Assembly (NCBI GenBank): GCA_002269645.1
Contig: NIVC01000004.1
Coordinates: 517,971-581,970 of the forward strand
Origin: Macrostomum lignano
Taxonomy: Eukaryota
Reading direction: 5' to 3'
Length of the DNA: 64,000 nucleotides
A program made the translations under genes and the position numbers. Position 1 is the stretch's first letter. Each line of letters opens with the position of its first letter. The notes beneath the pieces are model-generated. The model saw nothing but the letters and a program-made list of their open reading frames with translations, was not told where the DNA came from and ran no database searches. Below are positions 28,982-38,690 of this stretch, one piece after another.

Positions 28982-31135
28982 TCAGGCAAAGTCGGTGACC
29001 AAAGCGCTGGCGGGCAGCGAGCGCAGCACCGGCATGCCGGCAAAGTTGGTGCCCAGCACTTCGTCGGGCCGCAGCGGCAAGCTGGCCGACTGGCTGAGCA
29101 AAGCCGAGCAGCCGGCCAGCCAATGAGGCAGCGGCTGCTCGAGCTGCTGCCAGGTGGCCGACTGCGCACCGGCGTGGGCGCGCACCAGCGGCAGGCGGAC
29201 CTCCGTCTGGAGGCGACGGCCGCCGTCCAGCGACACCAGCAACTGCAGGAAGTGCTGGCAGGTGAGCCGGTGCGAGTTCACCGTCTGTGCGAAGTCGCAC
29301 GGCGTTGGCGACGGGATCGGGATCTTCAGATCGTCGAAGCCGCACTCGATCACCTGCGGGGATGTGGAACCAAGCTTTACATAGATCTACTGGCAGATCC
29401 CACAGCCTGCACTGGCAGATCCCACAGCCTGCACTGGCAGATCCCACAGCCTGCACTGGCAGATCCCACAGCCTGCACTGGCAGATCCCACAGCCTGCAC
29501 TGGCAGATCCCACAGCCTGCACTAACAGATCCCACGGCCTGCACTAACAGATCCCACGCGACTGGCAGATCCCACAGCCTACACTTAACAGATCCCACAG
29601 CCTACACTTAACAGATCCCACAGCCTACACTTAACAGATCCCACAGCCTACACTAACAGATCCCACAGCCTACACTAACAGATCCCACAGCCTACACTAA
29701 CAGATCCCACAGCCTGCACTGGCAGATCCCACAGCCTGCACTGGCAGATCCCACAGCCTACACTAACAGATCCCACAGCCTACACTTAACAGATCCCACA
29801 GCCTGCACTAACAGATCCCACGGCCTGCAATAACAGATCCCGCAGCCTGCACTGGCAGATCCCACAGCCTGCACTAACAGATCCCACAGCCTACACTAAC
29901 AGATCCCACAGCCTACACTTAACAGATCCCACAGCCTACACTAACAGATCCCACAGCCTACACTAACAGATCCCACAGCCTACACTAACAGATCCCACAG
30001 CCTACACTGGCAGATCCCACAGCCTACACTTAACAGATCCCACAGCCTGCACTAACAGATCCCACGCGACTGACAGATCCCACAGCCTGCACTAACAGAT
30101 CCCACGCGACTGACAGATCCCACGCGACTGACAGATCCCGCAGCCTGACCTCGGGATCGCTGCCGGGCATGAGCATGGACCACCATGTAGAGCAGACGCT
30201 GACGCAGTGCGGACACTTGGTCGGATCGTGCGGCTGCAACTGCTGCAGCTGCTCGCCGTTGTCAACGCAGGCCACGGAGATGCGGCGCAGCAGCTTGATG
30301 GCGACGTTCTCGATGGTCCGCCGGGTCTCATTGACCAGCCGCAGGGTGACGGTGAGAAACTCGCCGAAGCGGACAGCCTGCCGGTCCAGGCTGAGGCCGA
30401 GTCGCAGCGTCTTGCGCATGGCCGGGATGACGGACAGGTTCAGCGAGTCATTCACCGAGAGCGCCTCCTCGGAGCCCGGCACTTCCTCGTCCACCAGCAG
30501 GTCGAGGCGGGCGCCGAAGCGCTGACTCTGCGGCGACGCCAGGCTGATGCTGTAGGCCACCCGGCAGGCCTCGGGCAGGTCGCTGGCCTCGCAGCAGAGC
30601 TCGTCGAACTCGGCAAAGTAGAAGCTGGCGGGCAGCAGGTTGGGCAGCGGCAGCTTGAAGGGGATCAGGTAGCTGCCGAACGGGATTGGCTGGGGCAGGC
30701 TGAGCAGCTCGTAGGACTGGTCGATGAGGCAGGCTGAGCTGCTCTGGCCCTTGCGCCGGCTCCACGTGACTGGAAATGGAGATTGCAGTTCGAGAGTGGA
30801 CTACTCTTCGCTGGCTGGGTTCGCCCCTTTCAACCCCAGCCCCAGCAGCGGACCAGGGCAATAGGCTTCGGTCAGGACCCGCGCCCAGCGAGCGCCAGCC
30901 ATTCCAGAGGTCCCAAACTCGATTCTATGTAATTCGCAGCTTGAAGTGCTCTATTGCTCATAGCTGCTATCAGACTACAGACGACAGAGCAGAACTAACC
31001 AGTCTCCGTGCCCTGGATGCGAATCTGCAGCGAGCGAATCTGCGTTGGCCGGCAGATGCAGATGTAGGCGGCGCCGTAGACAATCTCGCCGGCATGGTAG
31101 CTGCTCTGGTTGAGGCACAGGGCCGCTTCGTTCAT
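28982..31135 (-). CDS. Arrestin domain-containing protein (alpha-arrestin/ARRDC-like), 375 aa
   Basis: Exons (minus): 31135-31000 (MNEAALCLNQSSYHAGEIVYGAAYICICRPTQIRSLQIRIQGTET), 30769-30150 (..PFGSYLIPFKLPLPNLLPASF..CRVAYSISL..LRLGLSLDRQAVRFGEFLTVTLRLVNETRRTIENVAIKLLRRIS..), 29353-28982 (LKIPIPSPTP..SHRLTCQHFLQLLV..EVRLPL). Arrestin_N and Arrestin_C signature patterns; phases 1 and 0 are consistent. Confidence 0.85.
29390..30146. repeat. 22-bp intronic minisatellite (cagatcccacagcctgcactgg / ..ctacactaa)n
   Basis: Fills arrestin intron 29354-30149. Confidence 0.95.
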
Positions 31136-31274
31136 GGCTGCTTCTGCTTGGCTTGTGGGCCTGTTCCGGCTGCTGTCAGCTCTACGAGTCTGGGGGACTC
31201 TGCGCGCTGGAAGTTGTGCCCGTTGGAGGTTAATACGGGGGTTTGGAAATCAGTGCGGACATAAAAACTGAGAC

Positions 31275-31865
31275 TGGGGATTGGGGATCTGGGTTTGGGG
31301 ATCTGGGATTGGGGATCTGGGATTGGGGATCTAATTTGCGAATCTGGGATTTGGGATCTAATTTGGGGATCTGGGATTGGGAATCTAGGATTGGGGATCT
31401 AATTTGGGGATCTGGGATTGGGAATCTAGGATTGGGGATCTGGGATTGGGGATCTAATTTGGGGATCTGGGATTGGGGATCTAATTTGGGGATCTGAGAT
31501 TGGGGATCTAATTTGGGGATCTAATTTGGGGATTTAATTTGGGGATCTGAGATTGGGGATCTAGGATTGGTGATTTAATTTGGGGATCTTGGTTTGGGGA
31601 TCTGGGTTTAGGGATCTGGGATTGGGGATCTAATTTGGGGATCTAGGATTGGGGATCTAATTTGGGGATCTAGGATTGGGGATTTAATTTGGGGATCTGG
31701 GATTGGGGATCTAAGATTGGGGATTTAATTTGGGGATCTTGGTTTGGGGATCTGGGTTTGGGAATCTGGGATTGGGGATCTAATTTGGGGATCTAATTTG
31801 GGGATCTAGGATTCGGGATCTGGGATTGGGAATCTAATTTGGGGATCTGGGATTGGGGATCGGTG
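31275..31865. repeat. Degenerate 13/14-bp minisatellite (gggatctaatttg / gggatctgggattg)
   Basis: Between SF3B5 and the arrestin gene. Confidence 0.9.
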
Positions 31866-32074
31866 GGGATTCAAGAAATGGGGATCACAGTGTCGATGAA
31901 GATTCATAAGTTTTAGGGATAAATCTGAAGAATTAAATATTGTTGTATAATTATTAAGCAGCGACACACCAGAAGCTTCTACTTTGCACTGACATCTGAG
32001 TGCTGGTATATTTACGAGCATAAAAAATGTACACATGAAATTTATGCATAAATTTGAACAGTAAAGTTTTTAAA

Positions 32075-32332
32075 TTAGACTTCAGTTTTCTCTGGCGGCG
32101 GTCCGCACGGCTGCAGCATCTTCTCCATCAGGTTGAACCTGACTCGGGCCCGGCTCTCATTCTCAGCGATGGCAATCATGTTGAGCAAGTCCGGGTGGCC
32201 CTGCACAGAGGCGCAGGTGTCCCGGTGCTGGTTGGTGAGCCACTCCCACTTGTTTGTGTCGGCGTGGCCAGTGCCAACATACTTGGCCTGGAGGTGCTCT
32301 AACTGGGTGTGCACGTTGAACCTCTCGCCCAT
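32075..32332 (-). CDS. SF3B5: Splicing factor 3B subunit 5 (SF3b10), 85 aa, intronless CDS
   Basis: MGERFNVHTQLEHLQAKYVGTGHADTNKWEWLTNQHRD...GHPDLLNMIAIAENESRARVRFNLMEKMLQPCGPPPEK matches the highly conserved SF3B5 sequence over its full length. Confidence 0.97.
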   Translation of the reverse strand: MGERFNVHTQLEHLQAKYVGTGHADTNKWEWLTNQHRDTCASVQGHPDLLNMIAIAENESRARVRFNLMEKMLQPCGPPPEKTEV

Positions 32333-32407
32333 GACTGAGATTGCGCTGAAGTTTCAGTGGGATGCAGGCTTTTGTGTCTGAACTGTTTCTTGTAGGAACT
32401 TGGAATT

Positions 32408-32626
32408 GGAACTGCAGGTTTGGTATTGTTTAGTTACTAAACATTGTGATTGGAACTGCAGGTTTGGTATTGTTTAGTTACTCAACATTGTGATTGGAAC
32501 TGCAGGTTTGGCATTGTTTAGTTACTAAACATTGTGATTGGAACTGCAGGTTTGGCATTGTTTAGTTACTAAACATTGTGATTGGAACTGCAGGTTTGGC
32601 ATTGTTTAGTTACTTAAACATTGTGA
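32408..32626. repeat. 44-bp minisatellite x5 with internal tgtttag-tta-ctaaaca hairpin
   Basis: ggaactgcaggtttggtattgtttagttactaaacattgtgatt; upstream of SF3B5. Confidence 0.92.
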
Positions 32627-33240
32627 GAAGACATATGAGAGAAGAGAGGGGAGGAGAGAAGGGAGGGGAGAGGAGAGAGCAGAGGGGGAAGAGAAGAAAG
32701 GGGATAGTGGAGAGAAGGGAGAGAGAAGAGGAAAGGAGAAGAGATGAGAGAGGAGAGGGAAGAGAAGAAATGGGAGAGGAAAAGAAGAGAGGAAAGAAAA
32801 AACTAATGGAGAAAAGAGAAAGGAGAAAAAAAACAAATTAATAAAATGCCACATATACATTGAGCACTGTCTAAAAAACTTTATTCAGAGCTTCATTTCC
32901 ACAACTATAATAGTTGACATTAGCAACAAGACGTCCCAATGCTTATAATCCCAATTTATGACATTCTCACCAAATATGGCTAATGGCACTTTGCAACCAT
33001 GGTAAGAAAGTAAGAAAGTTGAGAAATCATAGAAACTTTTTTGCTATAGGTACGGTATAGAAAAAGACATAACTTATGGGAAAATTTTTGAGATATTGTT
33101 AGTAGATATAGATATAGGAATTTTTAATAGATCTCTACTCTAAATATTCTTTTTTAAACAAATAAATTATAAATAACTAAGCCTATTTATACTATAATTA
33201 AAGATTATTTGTTTAAATTAATCTATCAAGGAAGCCTATT

Positions 33241-34026
33241 GGCTCATTCCATATAAGATGGACATATTTGGAAAATAGAAAAAAGTCAATATTTTTGCTT
33301 GCCATTGCCTAATTAGCCTATTTTTTTACCAAATGTTTATATTGTGCAATATATACAATCTAAGAATAAAGGAATGGTAAAATGTTGGATTAGTATGTTA
33401 TCAATTGGCAAAAAGTCATTTTTGTAAAAATTTGGACATTTTTCGAAGCAAAAGACATCATTAAGATTTTGTACCTTTTAAAAACAAATAGAAAGCTTTT
33501 GAAGGTTGAAACAAACTATAGATAAAAGTATAGTACTTGCATCATCAGATAAAAGCATTGGTGACCAAATAATCTATTATATTTTTAATGTATTAGTACC
33601 TCAAAGTTACTGAATTGACAGAAAAAAATATGTTACGACCATAATGTTATGACCATAAGGCTGCCTTTTCTTTTGTATCTTTGTTGCCTTTTGAGTTTAT
33701 ATAGTCTAATAAAAGAGTATGATTTCTAAAGATGTTCTTAGTCAAATTTTAAAAATGTATTGCAAAATATCAAAAATGAAAAATGTTATAAGACTTTTAC
33801 CTTTTAGTTTCTATATGTCAAAAATCCTGTTGTTACGACCATAAGTGTCATTTAAGGTTTAATAGCATCTATACTAATGATGATATCTGTATGAAACTCG
33901 ATAAATATATTCTAGACAAAATAATCTTTCATTTAAAATATTGGTTTAGTATATTCTATTATTAGATTTCATTTTATAAGTAAAAATAACCTGTCATGTT
34001 ACGACCATGCTTATATGGAATGAGCC
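33241..34026. mobile_element. Non-autonomous DNA transposon (MITE A), 17-bp perfect TIR, 4-bp TSD TATT
   Basis: ggctcattccatataag at 33241 and cttatatggaatgagcc ending 34026; tatt on both sides (33237-40, 34027-30); internal tgttacgaccat repeats at 33631, 33831, 33997. Confidence 0.85.
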
Positions 34027-34140
34027 TATTAGTGAAAATATACACTACTTTAGTCTAGAATCTAGATGATTAAATTATTATATATTATTTATATATTATA
34101 TTATTATAGGCCTATGAACAATAACAACCAATTTCAGAGT

Positions 34141-34340
34141 CAGGCGCTGCGGAACAAGTTTTTGCCAGGGGGGGGGGGCAGGACCAAGTTTCCGAAACTC
34201 AAGCCCAGACCCTGTCTTGGACAATGACCAAAAATTTGAGCAACATTATGCTGTTGAACGGTATTTGAGGGGGGGGGGAGCAATGCCCCCTCAACTCAAT
34301 GTCAGGGGGGCAGCTGCCCCCCCCTGTTCCGTGGCGCCTA
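34141..34340. mobile_element. hAT-like MITE B, ~16-bp imperfect TIR, degenerate 8-bp TSD
   Basis: caggcgctgcggaaca ... tgttccgtggcgccta; flanks ttcagagt / tttagaat (6/8 identical); G- and C-runs inside. Confidence 0.65.
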
Positions 34341-34524
34341 TTTAGAATTGAGTCTAAAAGCAGTCTAAATTAGATATTTTACTATTTCAGCCTTTATTAG
34401 ATTAGACTAAGCTTAAGGTTAAGGCTATTATAATATATAATATACTCTTATTAAAATATTGCCTTGGCTAGGCTAGGGTCATTTAGTTTTGTTTTCAATA
34501 AGTAAGCCTAGGCAATATAATTTT

Positions 34525-34776
34525 GGAAGTGCTTATCCCCACAATAGCTTATTGGAATAGAGAACCTTAAAATTAATATGGTCAAAAACTGTCTATTTGT
34601 TTTCATTGTTTTACAAATCTTCCAAATAAGTTATTGAATACTAAATAGTATTGAGTACTTTGTTAAAACTTTCTTGTTGTTAAAAGGGTTAATTTTAAAT
34701 ATTCACTTAGCTGCCAGCTTTGCTTAAAATGACTGAATTGAGGCAAATGAGACTGGCAAAATTAAAAATTAAAAAT

Positions 34777-34813
<37 letters not shown>

Positions 34814-35087
34814 TAATAATAATGACAATATCAACTTAACATCAGTACACAAAACAAAACACAAACAACTGCACAATCTTAACCATGGGAATAAGCTGAA
34901 AATTATTGACATGGATTCATGTAGATAAAATTGTTATTATTGACATGGCCAATAATATAGACTTGAATCTTGAATGGTGGCAGCTATTTCAATAAGCTGC
35001 CATGGGGATAAGCTGGAAATTATCAACATGGATCCATGTGGATAAAATTTGAATTATTGGCATTGGACTGTGGGGATAAGCACTTCC
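34525..35087. mobile_element. MITE C, 19-bp perfect TIR, perfect 9-bp TSD (Mutator- or Merlin-like)
   Basis: ggaagtgcttatccccaca (34525-43) and tgtggggataagcacttcc (35069-87); tataatttt at 34516-24 and 35088-96; internal ~50-bp direct repeat near 34884 and 35000. Confidence 0.88.
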
Positions 35088-35674
35088 TATAATTTTATTA
35101 GAGGCTAGGTAAGGCTTAGCTAGAAAGTAGATCAATTTATTATCAATTAGGCTATTATATTGAGTTATAAAAGCCTATTAGTATAAAGCTATTGAACTTT
35201 GAATGCTAATGTAATGGTAATGCAGTAATGCTAATCAGTCAATCACTGAATTATAAAAAGCATTCATTATCAATAATATTTCAACAAGTTTTAGAATTAT
35301 AACATAGGCCTTGTTCACTAGGCTATACTTTTAAAACAAGGTATATTTATGGCATGCATAGAGGTGATGGACCCACAGTATTAGTAGTCTAAATTAATTT
35401 TCCTAGATCTTTTCATAGGCCTCACCCCAATTCTGTTTACGCCCTATGTTGGCGCATGACCAAGACTGGCTACATAAAGAACAGTGACAAAAAATCAAGG
35501 CCCTATGTAGGTCCCTATTTGGAATCAGTTGAGAAATTGCAACTTTTGCCAATAAATTGGCAAGACATCATGATCTGACACAGTCCATTCGTAACTGTCT
35601 ATATAAATTTTCCCTACCAACCTTCGACTGATGATCTAAACAGGCCTTCTGGTTCTGCCAGGGGTTCACGGTGC

Positions 35675-36053
35675 GGGTCTCCCTAAAACACGCACCGCCC
35701 CGCCCCACAGCGCTACACGTTAAAACAAATTAGACTATAACTGAAGACATTTCAAAATGCATTTTATGTTAAGCTTTAAGCTTTTATAAAATTTAGTTTT
35801 TTTTACCGTGAAATATTTAATTCGATGTATAATAAGTGATATTAATAATAATATTAATAAAATAATAATAATTTAATTTAATAATGCAAACGAGAATATG
35901 AAAAATAATAATAATATTTAAGGTAATAAATAAAGTTAATTATTCTGTTCCTCTTACAACAAATAGTTCTCTTTGCAAGCAAAATACTGCATTGACAAAA
36001 ATGTTATAATGTGTAGCGGTCGGGGCGGTGCGGTGCGTGTTTTAGGGAGACCC
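35675..36053. mobile_element. MITE D, ~40-bp TIR, perfect 8-bp TSD CACGGTGC
   Basis: gggtctccctaaaacacgcaccgc..gctacac at the left and gtgtagc..gcggtgcgtgttttagggagaccc at the right; cacggtgc at 35667-74 and 36054-61. Confidence 0.88.
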
Positions 36054-36280
36054 CACGGTGCATTTCGTTGAAAAATAGCTGCGCACTAAAACAACGATAC
36101 TATATTTTCTAATGAGAGTGCGTGTTACTGTAATACTTTTAAATAATAATTACAGGTTTTATCACAATTCCGACAATTTCTAAGACTTATTATTTGAGGA
36201 GACTCAGTAAGTCCTTAATATTGTAGTTCTCCGCCGTAAGATAGACCTCTTATTCCAAGTGGTCCTTGTCTGGTGAGTTA

Positions 36281-36340
36281 AATCACTCAGGCGATGTTTC
36301 GATGAGGTCCTCAGGCCTTCCTCAGTGCTCCGAGATGATT
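36281..36340 (-). ncRNA. Type I hammerhead-ribozyme-like motif (Penelope-type minimal HHR), probably decayed
   Basis: Minus strand: AAUCAUCUCGGAGCA-CUGAGGA-A-GGCCUGAGGACCUCAUC-GAAAC-AUC-GCCUGAGUGAUU. Both core boxes are present and the flanks form a 12-bp stem I with two single-nt bulges. Stem II is imperfect and stem III has a C-A mismatch. Confidence 0.55.
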
Positions 36341-38690
36341 AGCGTTCACTGCGGCCGTCGACTCTTTGACCTGCGCTACTAGCGAGGCATGGCTCCCGCG
36401 CGTTGCTTTCATCAGCTGCAGCCAGGCTATTGTCCGGGCGGACCCAAAATTTTTTAGGGGGTGGGGTCAAACTATACCCAGCAACTGTGACCCAGCTTTA
36501 GTAAACAGAATACCTTGCATAGTTACAGGCAAAAAATTATAGACTATTTTTTGGCCACGCCGGCCCCCTATGGCCTCTTGCCCGCCCCCCCCCCCCAGCA
36601 GGTAGTAGTTCAGATGGTAACGCGGCTGGAAATTATTAATTCAGTTACTGTGGTTCATCGATTTTTTGGGGAGACTGGCGACTGCTGAGACGAGGATATC
36701 TTATAAAGTCGTCTTTGTGCTGGGAGAGCGGTGGCAATCCAAACGAAATACTCTACTTCTCCAACACAAAAATAGCGATAGTCATCTCATCAACTTGAGT
36801 CACCCTTGATTAGGATTAAAACAATCAGTTGACAATCTTGTCTAAGGCTTCAAACTTCTGTATCTACTTATAGCGGTATGTACATATACAAATACATTTA
36901 TGAGACCTTAGGGGCATTGGACATTTGTTTTGAATAGTACATGTATTTGATCCTAAACTGCAACAAAAATGTATGGAGAAATTGTCTAAATTAACTCATC
37001 ATAAAAAAGAGGCATAAATCAATTGATCTTAATAAAATTCGATATTGAAGTTGCGTTCAGGAAAAGTGGTAAAAGGGTGCAATTTCACGAAGATTATGAA
37101 ATTTAATGTAAAAAAGAATATCTTTGTCAAAATATTTATGTGAAGGAGCTTCAATGATACTTTTGAAATAAAAGGTGATTTGATGTGACTATAATATAGA
37201 TATTGTTTATTATTGCATATGAAGTTTGACGCGTTTTGTTTTATCTATGGACTAAATGAAGCTGCCAAAACAGGCTTGGGTTAAAAGCCCGCTGTGAGAA
37301 CTGTGAAATAAGAAGAAATAAGAGCAAGACTAAGAACCCTGGAGCAGCGTAAAAGTCTGCTATGATATCAGCACTAATAATTAACGCCTTAAGCATATTG
37401 AACTAACCTGAAAACATAACAAAAGGTATGTAAAAGGTATATAGGAACTAATGGTTATAAATTGTTTATAGGTTACACAAATAATACAGATTGGTAATGA
37501 ATGTAATAAAAAATGAAAATAAATGCCAGATGAGATGGAGATAATATCCATCCTCCGATGCTTAGTGATCCCGATGCCAACGCCTGTGGTGGCTTTGCAT
37601 TCTTGTATCACAGAGCTTCCTGAATTCAATTTTCTAAAAGCTTCATCGTCCAACGACCAACGACTTGTCACAGACTGCCCTTAGGATGAGGGCAGGCATT
37701 CAGAATTTTGGCCCTCCTCCATAAGAGGCTGTCGCTCGCTTGACATTTCGTTTATGGCCGGGGCAGTGGGCCGGCGCACCTGATAAGCATCGAAATGCCA
37801 CAACTTTCGCTCATAAAGCCGCATCTATCAGCCTCCGGCCTATCTTTTGTCCTTTCCACCTTTTAAAATCTTTTTCACTTTTTGTCTACATCGCTGCACT
37901 AAATTTGATCAGTCTGAAGGCTTGAAGCGAATGCTTAAAGGTAGTAAAAATCTATTTTGCCCCTTCAGTTCTGCCAAAGACGAGTCAAAAAACGAATCGC
38001 TTTGATAGAGTCGAGGTCTGAGCAAGCGTGTAGGGACGAACGAAAGAGATTGAATGCTTATAGAATTTCTAACTCTGCTTCGCTTTGTGAGAGCGAGGCG
38101 GGCTGGAGCCCCTCCCATTTGTCTCCCCATGCTCCTTTCAGCGGTGGAGACTCTGAGTAATCCTCCGTCTTTGGCGCGTGGCCCTTTGAAATGATGTCAA
38201 ATTCCGAATGAACGGAGAACCGCCTTTTTCCCGATCTGATTCACAGAAGTTTTTAAAAAGGCATCCGTCATTGTGTCTGTGGCTCAGCTGGCTGTCTGTC
38301 CATTCATCTAGGAGTCCTTGGCCTGCCAAGAGCACCGCACTTTTATTGCAAGCTGAGTGGCAGTCGGACTGCCAGGTTTCCAGCTCAGCTCAAATGCGGG
38401 CTGTCGATCCCAAAAGCCGTGGCGAGTCAGCCAAAATTGTAGGATAGAAATGAATAACTCATGAAATATTCAAGTCTATTCACGAACTCAGTTCTTGGTT
38501 GCGAGCGTTTTTTCCCAACTCTCACTTTCACAGTTTGGTCTCAAATGTTCTGCTCAATTTTTGGGCGTGGCAGTTATGGTTCTCCCATCGGCAGCCAGGG
38601 AAAGAAGTGCTTTTCGAAATCGAAGCGCTTCGTTTGATCTAGATCTTGCTTGACTCCCTTGTTAAACTTTGCTACTATAGATTGTCCCAA

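Larger units (their letters stand above)
32850..37600. other. AT-rich island rich in transposon remnants
   Basis: By eye roughly 25-30% GC against about 50-55% in the flanks (not computed); contains MITEs A-D and the hammerhead-like motif. Confidence 0.8.

Noticed and set aside
36435-36600. Possible fifth GC-rich MITE in the island (ccgggcggaccca..cccccc)
   Set aside because: No matching right TIR or TSD could be found.
37381-37671. 96-aa minus-strand ORF at the island edge
   Set aside because: No recognisable family; the second half is low-complexity AT-rich sequence.
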